Positions 48,759-57,756 of a DNA stretch of 63,955 nt are shown here, in pieces (position 1 is the stretch's first letter; every line of letters begins with the position of its first letter). The position numbers were made by a program, and so were the translations under genes. Location: positions 1-63,955 of the IMG/VR virus record IMGVR_UViG_3300048011_000824; one strand, written 5' to 3'. This DNA is from a virus. Taxonomy: Duplodnaviria > Caudoviricetes. Below the pieces are notes generated by a model, which made no database searches, was not told the origin of the DNA, and worked only from the letters and a program-made list of their open reading frames with translations.

Positions 48759-50038
48759 ATGATGCCAGAGAACCAATAGAATTTGCATTGCCTGAAAATG
48801 CTGCCGAAGCAATCGATAATGATAACAAAGTGTTTATGATCATATGGAGCTGGGGACTACGTTGCAACTACGATTGTAGCTATTGTAGTCCGGAGAGACA
48901 CAATGCATATAGTCCACACACCGAAAAGGAAAATTTATTAAAAACAGTAGGTTTTTTAAAAGAGTATAAAAAACGTATTTCTAAGTTTATCGACCACAAG
49001 ACATATTATATTAGTATGACAGGCGGCGAACCTACAGCTAACCCGTATTTTATTGAAACAGTAAAAGAGTTAAAAATACAATCGCCGGAGTTTAAGTTAG
49101 ATGTAACAACCAACGGTAGCTTTAATAACAAAATTAGAAATACAATTCTTGAAGTGTTTGATCATATTACCGTTTCCTATCATGCCGAAGCTGATAAAAA
49201 ATTAAAAGACAAAGTTCTTGACAACATACGATACTTTCATACTAATGGATTAAAAATCAAAGTTAATCTTATGATGCATGCTTATGAGTATTGGGATGAG
49301 TGTGTTGAATTAGCTAACACGTTTAAAGAAGAGGGCATTGATTTTGTTCCACGAATTATTGGCGAAAGTATGGAAAAAAATAGATTCAATCATCAATATA
49401 CCGAAGAGCAACAGCGTTGGATGAAAGACTTTTGGAAAGTCGATAGTAATAAAAACATTACAGGAAAAACTGCAGAAGTTAAAAAATCGCAATCTACAAA
49501 TGCAAAACAAGTAAGAGAAGAAAACAAAACTCGTAAACCAGAAAATGCCGCCGGACTAGCTAAAGCAAATTTAGGAAGGTATTGCTGCGGTAAAGCAGAC
49601 ATGTGCAGCTTAGGCGCCGATACAAAAACTTGGAGCACAAGTAAACTAGTTAATCACACAAAGTTTCAAAAATGGTATTGCTTGGTTAACTTTTACTTTT
49701 TATATCTTGATCAAGAACTAGATCAAGTTTGGCATCATCAAACATGCAAAGCAACATGGGATCCAAATAGACCTTTCTTTAGAGATCCTACTGATTCTAC
49801 CAAAGACATACGTGCTCCTATTGGTAAAATTTCTGAATATACTAGAATACTAGATGAGCTTGACAATAGAGTATCAGGCGGCTATATACCTATGATACAA
49901 TGTCCTAGAGGAAGTTGCGGCTGCGGTGTATGTGTGCCCAAAGCCAAAGACGCGATTATAGCAGACTCGTTGTTCAAAAAACATATTAAAAATCTTGAGC
50001 CAGCTTGGCAAAACTCAAGTAAGATAGAAAATAAGTAA
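48755..50038 (+). CDS. Radical SAM protein, family B (extra Cys-rich insert)
   Basis: CNYDCSYC, TGGEPT and SYHAE; RYCC...C insert; HHQTC and CPRGSCGCGVCVPKAK. Confidence 0.9.
   Translation: MNDAREPIEFALPENAAEAIDNDNKVFMIIWSWGLRCNYDCSYCSPERHNAYSPHTEKENLLKTVGFLKEYKKRISKFIDHKTYYISMTGGEPTANPYFIETVKELKIQSPEFKLDVTTNGSFNNKIRNTILEVFDHITVSYHAEADKKLKDKVLDNIRYFHTNGLKIKVNLMMHAYEYWDECVELANTFKEEGIDFVPRIIGESMEKNRFNHQYTEEQQRWMKDFWKVDSNKNITGKTAEVKKSQSTNAKQVREENKTRKPENAAGLAKANLGRYCCGKADMCSLGADTKTWSTSKLVNHTKFQKWYCLVNFYFLYLDQELDQVWHHQTCKATWDPNRPFFRDPTDSTKDIRAPIGKISEYTRILDELDNRVSGGYIPMIQCPRGSCGCGVCVPKAKDAIIADSLFKKHIKNLEPAWQNSSKIENK
50032..50037 (+). promoter_or_regulatory. Late-type promoter variant TAAGTA
   Basis: Lies 5 nt before the SD-less ATG at 50043. 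Confidence 0.35.
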
Positions 50039-50042
50039 TAAT

Positions 50043-51431
50043 ATGACAGATCAAAATAAAACATCGCCTGCATTTTGTCCGTTGCCATGGATGAGTGTAA
50101 ATGTTAGAAATAACGGAGATTTAAGAGTTTGTTGTAATGCCAATGTAGGCTTTGACAAAGGTCTAGTCAAAAAAGACGACGGAACAATTTACAACTTAGG
50201 TGCCGACGGAATAAACGAATTTCGCAACGCAAAGATAATGAAAGAAATTAGAAAGTCCATGCTCGTTGGAGAATTTCATCCAAGTTGTATTCGTTGTAAA
50301 AGAGAGCACGATGCAGGTATGGAAAGTCGTGCCGACAACGAAAAAATAATTTGGAACCATATTATCACAGAAGAACAGGCAAGAGATCTTACCGAAGAAG
50401 ATGGCACAATTGATATTGAAGCAAATCCAATAAAATATACCGATTTGCGTTTTGGAAATTTATGTAATTTAAAATGTCGCATGTGCGGTCCTACAGATAG
50501 CAATCAGTGGTATGATGATCAAGCAAAAGTTTGGAATACAACCAGCTACAACGATGCCGAAAAGGTTATTCCTTTGGTTAAAAATGCAAAAGGAAAATTC
50601 ACAGCCGATACAAATATATATGATTGGTATAATAATCCACTGTTTTGGAAAGATTTAGAGGATGCTATTCCTAGTCTTGAGAGATTATATATTGTAGGCG
50701 GAGAACCTTTGCTTATTGATCAACATTATGAATTTTTACAAAAATGCATTGATATGGGTAGAGCAAATAAAATTATTGTTGAATACAATAGTAACATTAC
50801 TAACATTCCTGAACGTGCATGGAATATTTGGAAACACTTCAGACGTATACAAGTTGGTATGAGTGTAGACGCAGTTGGTCCGATCAACGATTATATACGT
50901 AATCCTAGTAAATGGTGGAAGATTGCAGAAAATATGCACAAATTAGATCAAGCAGAAGGCAATTTTAAAGTTTGGTGGGCTGCAACTATTCAAGCATACA
51001 ACATGTATAACTTGCCCGAAATGATGCGTTGGAAGATTGCACAAAATTTCAAGAGGATCAACAAAAAAGTTCATTGGAAACCGGTAATCAGTCCTCATCC
51101 TTTGCACAACCCAGACTTTTTAAATGTTAAAATATTTCCCAAGGAAAGCAAGCAATGGATTGAAAAATATTTTGAAGAACAAAAAGTCGAAGCAAAAGAA
51201 GAAATTTTTACATATGATTTCCTAAGCGAAGAAGACAAAAAATCAAATTACAAGTTTTTCTGTAAAATATTAGATCAATATGTATCATATATGAATGCTG
51301 ATGATTATAGTCATAGATTGGAAAAGTTCTGGCATTACACTAATAGTTTAGATAAGTTACGCAATGAAAATCTCAAAGATGTTTGCCCAACTACTTGGAA
51401 ATTATTGCTAGGCGATCAATACAACAATTAA
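50043..51431 (+). CDS. Radical SAM protein, family A
   Basis: FCPLPW...RVCC...CIRC, then CNLKCRMC and VGGEP. Confidence 0.9.
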   Translation: MTDQNKTSPAFCPLPWMSVNVRNNGDLRVCCNANVGFDKGLVKKDDGTIYNLGADGINEFRNAKIMKEIRKSMLVGEFHPSCIRCKREHDAGMESRADNEKIIWNHIITEEQARDLTEEDGTIDIEANPIKYTDLRFGNLCNLKCRMCGPTDSNQWYDDQAKVWNTTSYNDAEKVIPLVKNAKGKFTADTNIYDWYNNPLFWKDLEDAIPSLERLYIVGGEPLLIDQHYEFLQKCIDMGRANKIIVEYNSNITNIPERAWNIWKHFRRIQVGMSVDAVGPINDYIRNPSKWWKIAENMHKLDQAEGNFKVWWAATIQAYNMYNLPEMMRWKIAQNFKRINKKVHWKPVISPHPLHNPDFLNVKIFPKESKQWIEKYFEEQKVEAKEEIFTYDFLSEEDKKSNYKFFCKILDQYVSYMNADDYSHRLEKFWHYTNSLDKLRNENLKDVCPTTWKLLLGDQYNN

Positions 51432-52606
51432 ATATCTTTAAAAATATCATTAAATTGAGGATAAGATTTAAAAAAGTCTTGTCCTCTATATTTGTCGGTG
51501 CCTTCTAAATATTGTTTTAAACTGGGCAACAAATGACTATCGTCTTTGCTATTCATAAAGTTCTTAATGTATTCCAAGCCATTGTTTATTTTTTCTACAT
51601 CGCATTTGTTTTGATATTCATTAAATTTTTCTGTAATGCGCTTTTTGATGTGTGAAGGTAAAACTGTAACACATAAATTTTCTGGAAATGTCAAGTGTGT
51701 AGGATTCATTCCTTTCCATGGACCTGGGTCATTGTCATACCACCATTGCATACTTTCGGGCATATTCCAAACATTTAGTAAACTTATTGTGCTGCGTAAA
51801 AACACTTGAAATCCGTGACTTTGCTTTAATTCTAAGAAACGTTTAGTGACAGCTTCAGTTGTTTCATATTTTGCAGGCCAGCGTATGTATTCACTTTCTG
51901 CAGGATCGGCACTATCAAAACTTAGTGCAAATTCTACTTTTTTAAATTTGCTCCATTTGTCTATCCAGCTTTGTTTTGGCATAATAGTGCAATTGGTACT
52001 GTAATTTAGTAGTATATCACTGCAATCTCGCTCTGCTAACATTTTGTCAACTAGCACCCATTGATCCTTTGTCATTAGCGGTTCGCCACCTGTGAACTTT
52101 ATATGCACTAGATCGTTGATAAACGGATATATGTTGGCAATGTCGCTTTTGCTTTTTTCAATCTTGTTGGATGTCTTACCATATATTGCTTGTTCTTCTT
52201 TAAACCATTTCCATGCATAACGACTATCACACATGCGACATGCAAGATTGCAGTCATTGCTGATAGCAAGTTCGATCCAACGTATGGTAGGATTATTTAA
52301 ATCAACAAGTTCGTCTATGGGCAAATCTGTATTATCGTGATATCTTTCTCGTAAACTTTTTTTGCCCGATTCTTCTTCTTGATAGCAGCGTATGCAGCCT
52401 GGAACTTGTTCGCCGTTGATCATTTTATCACGAATATCATTCATCCAGTCTCCGTAAAAAACTTCACTGAGAGACTTTTCATTAAGATTGTTTTCATTAG
52501 GTCTGTGCTTTTCTGCAAAGCGGCAGCAAGGTTTTACTCTACCAGTAGGATCAACAAACTGATGATCCCACGCCATACTACAAAATGTTTTACTAGGTAT
52601 TTTCAT
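51428..52606 (-). CDS. Radical SAM protein, family A
   Basis: FCSMAW...KPCC...CIRC, then CNLACRMC and TGGEP. Confidence 0.9.
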   Translation of the reverse strand: MKIPSKTFCSMAWDHQFVDPTGRVKPCCRFAEKHRPNENNLNEKSLSEVFYGDWMNDIRDKMINGEQVPGCIRCYQEEESGKKSLRERYHDNTDLPIDELVDLNNPTIRWIELAISNDCNLACRMCDSRYAWKWFKEEQAIYGKTSNKIEKSKSDIANIYPFINDLVHIKFTGGEPLMTKDQWVLVDKMLAERDCSDILLNYSTNCTIMPKQSWIDKWSKFKKVEFALSFDSADPAESEYIRWPAKYETTEAVTKRFLELKQSHGFQVFLRSTISLLNVWNMPESMQWWYDNDPGPWKGMNPTHLTFPENLCVTVLPSHIKKRITEKFNEYQNKCDVEKINNGLEYIKNFMNSKDDSHLLPSLKQYLEGTDKYRGQDFFKSYPQFNDIFKDI

Positions 52607-52612
52607 TATAGG

Positions 52613-53830
52613 TTATCTTTTATATCTATCAAATATACTTTTTAAATGAGGAAACATTTCCAAAGTATTTTGTTTTCTTATTTTATCCATCAACATTGCA
52701 TACTCAACAAACTCGTTTATTAATTGCTGATCATTTAACTCGTCTTTCAACAAGTATTTTATTATTTGGTCTAGTGCTATTTTAATTTTATCACTGCAAA
52801 GAGGTTTTAATTTTTTTAATTTTTCTACTTGTAGTTGTCTGTCTGCTAAAGGTACTAAACTTAAATTGCTTCTTTTAGGTGCAATTGCAGGAAACCAGTG
52901 CATTGAAAAATTTGGATAGTTTTCTAAAACCCATAACAACAAACGATCGAGGGTCAAACAATTATAAGGAGTAACGGTTACGCATACTAAGTTATCGGTA
53001 GTGGTTAAACGAGTATCTACTATTTTTAAATTTTCTTCTATAACTTTCCATTGTGAAGGCCATCTTATAAACTCGTTTTCTTTGCCTAATCCATCAATGC
53101 TTATTTGAAAGTTTACCTCTTTAAAACCATTAAGTATGTTAACAATTCTATCATTCATAAACGACATATTAGTATGCACTAGTAATTTTATATTATTGTT
53201 TGGTAATTTTTCAATAATGTTTTCTAAAAGCAGTAAACATTTTTCGTCATAAAATGGCTCTCCGCCATGTAATTCAATCTGTTCAATGTGTTCAATATGA
53301 TTCCAAATTTGATCAATAAAACTAGTATCTGATTTTCTATTCAATATTGATGTATATATAACCGAATCTTTGTCCGACTGAGACAAGGAGTCAAAATTTT
53401 TCATATACTGAGATTCGATAACAGTGCTATTTTGAGGATGGCACATTAGACATGCTAAATTACATTTTGAAGATAATCTAATTTCCCATTGAACTGGACT
53501 AGTTGGAACCTCCCCATTGTTTTCTTTAGCATAGTCAATTATATGTTGATATTTTTTAAGAAACCGACGATTTGCAGAATTTCGTTTGCTTGTTCCATTG
53601 TTTTTTTCGATATGATTGCATATATCGCAATACGGTTGTGTTTTGTTGTCTAGCATATCTTTTCTAAACTTTTTTAGATTGCTGTGATTCCAAAATTCAT
53701 CGATACTAACATTGTTTAGATTAGGAAGTGCTGGCATGTGTTCATGATAACCTTCGCTGCAAATTTTAAAATCGCCAGTAGGTCTTGTACTAAGATTTAT
53801 AAATGGAAGAACACATACGTTTTTATTCAT
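52613..53830 (-). CDS. Radical SAM protein, family A
   Basis: CVLPF...KIC...CDIC, then CNLACLMC and HGGEP. Confidence 0.9.
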   Translation of the reverse strand: MNKNVCVLPFINLSTRPTGDFKICSEGYHEHMPALPNLNNVSIDEFWNHSNLKKFRKDMLDNKTQPYCDICNHIEKNNGTSKRNSANRRFLKKYQHIIDYAKENNGEVPTSPVQWEIRLSSKCNLACLMCHPQNSTVIESQYMKNFDSLSQSDKDSVIYTSILNRKSDTSFIDQIWNHIEHIEQIELHGGEPFYDEKCLLLLENIIEKLPNNNIKLLVHTNMSFMNDRIVNILNGFKEVNFQISIDGLGKENEFIRWPSQWKVIEENLKIVDTRLTTTDNLVCVTVTPYNCLTLDRLLLWVLENYPNFSMHWFPAIAPKRSNLSLVPLADRQLQVEKLKKLKPLCSDKIKIALDQIIKYLLKDELNDQQLINEFVEYAMLMDKIRKQNTLEMFPHLKSIFDRYKR

Positions 53831-55341
53831 TATACGCTCGGCCCCATTGACCCACCTTCGTTGTAATGATCGTATATATGTTGCACTTGTTGTTTTTGAT
53901 TTGTAATTTTTTCTAGTTCTGCTAGCAAATGATCTGTTGCCTTTTCTACTATAGGATAATCAAGTTCTTTTAATTTGTCTTTTAGCCGTAGCCATCTACG
54001 TATTCTAACTTCTCTAGTGTTGTCTTTGTATACCCAGTGTTTGTTTTGATCCCAAGTTATTCCCATTTCTTTTTGTTTCCAGTATACTGGAGATCCGGGA
54101 ACAATATCCATAGTCGGGCCTAGTGCAACACTTCTAACAAGTTTTTTCTCATTAATCCAATTGTATTTGTCCATCATGTCTAACGTTTTTTGAAATTCTT
54201 TTTCGTCTTCGGTAGGATAGCCAACCATCATAAGCCATGCCATATCTATTCCATACTTTGCACACATACGAAAAGTAAAGTCCATTGCCTCGTCGTTGAA
54301 CATCTTTTTCATGTCATCTCTAACTTTTTCGCTGCCGCTTTCAATGCCAATACTAACGAATCTTAAACCTGCTTCTGCCATTAGTGCATATACTTCTTCG
54401 CCCATTTGGTGTTCTGGTCTAGCAATAAATTGTCCTTGCCAAATTACAGGTTTCATCATGCCTTTGTCTCGATAGTCAATTAATGTAGTGCAAATATCTT
54501 TTAATTGTTTAACACTGCCATTTAATAAACTATCAGTAAAAAGAAATCTTTTACTTCCGTATGCTTGATTTTGTATTTGCATCTCTTTAGCAATACTTGC
54601 TCCGCTACGGTATCTAAACTTTGGCCAAACACTTTGTATATCACAAAAACTACATTTACGAACACATCCCCTTGATCCAGTAATATAAACAAAATCGGTG
54701 CCCATTTTGTTTTCGTCTTTGATGCGTGGGTCGCTCCATGTAGTAGGATATTTGTCTATATGAAAATCGCTGTAGTCGGGAATAGGTATAGTATCTAAGT
54801 CGTCAATTTGTTCAGGTGGATTGCCATTTACACCGGGTACATCAAAATCTCCTTTGAGTATACTTACAATAGCATTTTCACCTTCGCCGACAACGTATGC
54901 ATCTGCTAGTCCTTTTTTGTAAACATTTGGACCTGTGTGTTCTGCAAAGGGTCCTCCAACAACAATCTTTATGTGAGGAAAGTGTTCTCTTATCAATTCG
55001 CACATGCGTATAGTAATCCATTTGCTGCGTTGACTAAAGATGGTCATTCCTATCCACTTTGGATTTTTGTTTCTTATAGTCTCAATCCATCGTAAACTAT
55101 GTTCATGAATTACTTCGTTCCAAAATTCTTTGAATTTGTCTTCGTACCTAAATGTAAGATCTGTATCAAACCACACATTGCCATATGTTTCAGTGTCTAC
55201 ATTTAACCAAAGATCTAGATTTAAATCGTAACAAAACGCACTGAATCCTTGTGCTTCGACTGTTGCTTTTAAAATTGCCGGAGCAGTGATAGGAGCCCTA
55301 AGTTCTAATCTTGGTAATGTTAAAAATACAATATCAACCAT
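53830..55341 (-). CDS. B12-binding radical SAM protein (class B methyltransferase-like)
   Basis: N-terminal cobalamin-binding region (DLN, IVVGGP, VGEGE), then LD..P.PDY, GSRGCVRKCSFC, IGIESGS..V...MKK and MVGYPTE. Confidence 0.85.
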   Translation of the reverse strand: MVDIVFLTLPRLELRAPITAPAILKATVEAQGFSAFCYDLNLDLWLNVDTETYGNVWFDTDLTFRYEDKFKEFWNEVIHEHSLRWIETIRNKNPKWIGMTIFSQRSKWITIRMCELIREHFPHIKIVVGGPFAEHTGPNVYKKGLADAYVVGEGENAIVSILKGDFDVPGVNGNPPEQIDDLDTIPIPDYSDFHIDKYPTTWSDPRIKDENKMGTDFVYITGSRGCVRKCSFCDIQSVWPKFRYRSGASIAKEMQIQNQAYGSKRFLFTDSLLNGSVKQLKDICTTLIDYRDKGMMKPVIWQGQFIARPEHQMGEEVYALMAEAGLRFVSIGIESGSEKVRDDMKKMFNDEAMDFTFRMCAKYGIDMAWLMMVGYPTEDEKEFQKTLDMMDKYNWINEKKLVRSVALGPTMDIVPGSPVYWKQKEMGITWDQNKHWVYKDNTREVRIRRWLRLKDKLKELDYPIVEKATDHLLAELEKITNQKQQVQHIYDHYNEGGSMGPSV

Positions 55342-56020
55342 TGACTTGTTTTAACGCCCATTCTCTTTCTTCGCACCACCAGCACTTGCCACATTCTTTG
55401 GTAAAATTTTCTGTAATTTTTATATCGCCTTCGCACGAACGTGTAAGTGGAAGCAAACTGTTTATTAAGTTATTCTTTTTATATTGATCAACGATTAATC
55501 TTTTATCTACCATTGCCCATGGCACAGTTTCAACAGGTGCTTTGTAAATATTTTTTTCAGTAGGATTGTTTCTTTCCAGCTGCGGATTTTGATCATTGAA
55601 TTTGTTCATTACTTCTTTCGAAGGATTTTTTGTTTTTCCACTAAACAAATGATCTATAACATTATTTACAAACAAAAAACTCATTATATGATTAAAATGC
55701 TTTTCTTTTTTGTTGTCGCTTTCGCATTCGTCTTCGGGAACATTAAAGTAATAATGCTTTCCGAACGTTTCGGCACATTTGAGATCAGATGCAATAAAGT
55801 TTACAACACGTTTGGCATGATCGTAACTCCACGGACGAATAGCAAAACGTGCGCTAATAGGATGTATGATCACATCTAATTGTTGTTCTTTGATTTGTTT
55901 AGCAAGCAGATAGCATAGTATGGAGCTGTCTGCACCGCCCGACATTGAAACACCAATTGCTTTTACTCCGTCTGGAATTTTTAAATTTGCTGTTTGTCCA
56001 AAACTATCAGTAATTTGCAT
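55334..56020 (-). CDS. QueC-like PP-loop ATPase
   Basis: VSMSGGADS and TRSCEG...CGKCWWCEEREW. Paralog of 35532-36227. Confidence 0.75.
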   Translation of the reverse strand: MQITDSFGQTANLKIPDGVKAIGVSMSGGADSSILCYLLAKQIKEQQLDVIIHPISARFAIRPWSYDHAKRVVNFIASDLKCAETFGKHYYFNVPEDECESDNKKEKHFNHIMSFLFVNNVIDHLFSGKTKNPSKEVMNKFNDQNPQLERNNPTEKNIYKAPVETVPWAMVDKRLIVDQYKKNNLINSLLPLTRSCEGDIKITENFTKECGKCWWCEEREWALKQVNG

Positions 56021-56038
56021 TTTAAAATCATCCTAAGT

Positions 56039-56056
56039 TAAATACATACATATTTA
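56039..56056. promoter_or_regulatory. Back-to-back late-type promoters
   Basis: TAAATA on + (56039-56044) and on - (56056-56051) in the divergent gap. Confidence 0.5.
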
Positions 56057-56071
56057 TTGAGAAAGCTGATT

Positions 56072-57181
56072 GTGTATTTAACAAATGAAACAATAGAAGA
56101 GCTGCATGTAGAAACAACAAACAAGTGCAATGCTGCATGTCCTATGTGTGATAGAAATATTTTTGGTGGCATTGATAAACCAGGAAAAGGATTTTCTGAA
56201 TGGAGTCTTGAAGATATTGACTCGGTTTTTACTGGGCTACCTAATTTAAAATTTGTGTATTTCTGTGGAACACACGGCGATCCCCTAGCATCAAAGCATA
56301 TTTTTGAAGCAATACACGCTGTTAAAAAACTAGGTGCAAGAATAGAAATGTTTACCAACGGTAGTTTAAAAACACAAAACTGGTGGCACAAACTTATAAG
56401 CATACTAGATGAACGTGACAGAATAACTTTTGGAGTTGATGGACTGGAAACAAATCACTTGTATAGACAAAACACTGATATCAATAAAATTGTATCTCAT
56501 ATGAAAATTGCAACTGCTAGCAAAGTAAAAGTGAGATGGGATTTTCTAGCTTTTAAACACAACGAGCACGAATTAGAAAATTGCAAAAAGTTTGCAAAAG
56601 AAATTGGAGTAACAAATTTTAGAGTTAGAAGAACAGCAAGATTTGATCTATATAGTCCTTGGCCTGTTATAAATCAAAACGATAAACTTACTCATTATTT
56701 AGAAATTCCTAGTGATCCTGAGTTAATACATCCTAGTCTCAAAGATTTACAAAGTTTGCAAAACAAAAAAATTAATATGACAAATACGTCTGATCGAGAA
56801 ATAATTATACAAAGAATGAAAAATAGAAAAACTAATTATATGTTAGATTCAGATCCGATTGTTGATAATAACAACTGGAAAATCAATTGCATGTACAAAG
56901 AAGCTAAAAAAATATATGTAAATAGCAGATTGGATGTGTTTCCGTGCAGTTATATAAGCGATTCAAATGAAACATTTAAAGCACTAACTCCTCAAGAATT
57001 AAAATATCCAGAAGGCGAGTTAAATTTAAAAACCAAAACATGGAAAGAAGTTTTAGATCATAAATTTTATGCAAAGGATTTGGTTGAGTCGTTTACAAAC
57101 AACAATATTATACCTAGATGTATAAGAACGTGCGGCGTTGTTGAAAGAATTTATCAACAAAATTTGAGGATAGAAGAATGA
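56072..57181 (+). CDS. Radical SAM protein, family C (recent paralog of 57747-58820)
   Basis: Likely start is GTG 56072, which aligns with MYITPETIEELH of the paralog. CNAACPMC, CGTHGDP and C...PC...CIRTC. Confidence 0.9.
   Translation: MYLTNETIEELHVETTNKCNAACPMCDRNIFGGIDKPGKGFSEWSLEDIDSVFTGLPNLKFVYFCGTHGDPLASKHIFEAIHAVKKLGARIEMFTNGSLKTQNWWHKLISILDERDRITFGVDGLETNHLYRQNTDINKIVSHMKIATASKVKVRWDFLAFKHNEHELENCKKFAKEIGVTNFRVRRTARFDLYSPWPVINQNDKLTHYLEIPSDPELIHPSLKDLQSLQNKKINMTNTSDREIIIQRMKNRKTNYMLDSDPIVDNNNWKINCMYKEAKKIYVNSRLDVFPCSYISDSNETFKALTPQELKYPEGELNLKTKTWKEVLDHKFYAKDLVESFTNNNIIPRCIRTCGVVERIYQQNLRIEE
56086..56157 (+). repeat. 72-bp perfect direct repeat, copy 1 (copy 2 at 57761-57832)
   Basis: tgaaacaatagaagagctgcatgtagaaacaacaaacaagtgcaatgctgcatgtcctatgtgtgatagaaa is identical at both sites. 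Confidence 0.9.
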
Positions 57182-57756
57182 TTGTAGCAGGAGACTCAAC
57201 ATATAACGTAAGTAAAGAAATATTTAAACTTTGTCCTGATGCAGTTTTTTGCAGCAGAAAGACTGGGTATAATCTTTTAACAGACAACGGTAAAGAACAA
57301 TTTGCTCAAGAGTGTTTGAATCATAATCATATTTTAATTGTAAGTGCATTAGATGATTTTCATATAATTAAATTATATGATATGGTTTATAAAATGTGTG
57401 TTGAACACGATCACAAACCTCACATAATAACCATAGGCAGCACAATAGATAGATTGGGAAACGGCAACGGTAGATTATACTCTACAGAGAAAAAAGCATT
57501 GAGAGAACATACTATAAATTTAAACTTGCATAGTTCTAAAGTAAATGGTCCAAAAACTACACTTTTGAGTTTTGGCATGTTGGAAAATATGAAGAAAAAA
57601 TTTCCTGATAGACAATGTATTAGTTTAGAATTAGTTGGCAAATACATCAAGTGGATATTAGAACAGCCTAGTCACATTAATATAAATGAAATAAACATAG
57701 ATCCTATGCAAGACATGCATTGGCAAGAAAATGAAATAGACTATAAATGTATATAA
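57178..57756 (+). CDS. Short SDR-like (Rossmann) oxidoreductase
   Basis: SRKTGYNL, IITIGST and YSTEKKAL (YxxxK); the Gly-rich motif is degenerate. Confidence 0.5.
   Translation: MIVAGDSTYNVSKEIFKLCPDAVFCSRKTGYNLLTDNGKEQFAQECLNHNHILIVSALDDFHIIKLYDMVYKMCVEHDHKPHIITIGSTIDRLGNGNGRLYSTEKKALREHTINLNLHSSKVNGPKTTLLSFGMLENMKKKFPDRQCISLELVGKYIKWILEQPSHININEINIDPMQDMHWQENEIDYKCI

Noticed and set aside
35532-56020. Calling the QueC-like genes a 7-deazaguanine DNA-modification pathway (queC/queE)
   Set aside because: There is no QueD, FolE or DpdA in the window, and the neighbouring rSAMs carry auxiliary Cys domains unlike QueE, so gene symbols were withheld.
12731-56071. Long N-terminal extensions in the ORF track (12731, 21201, 21087, 22579, 33456, 35689, 40857, 42939, 44026, 56057)
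   Set aside because: Most overlap neighbouring genes extensively. Downstream starts match paralog N-termini, RBSs or promoter motifs, so the coordinates were trimmed.
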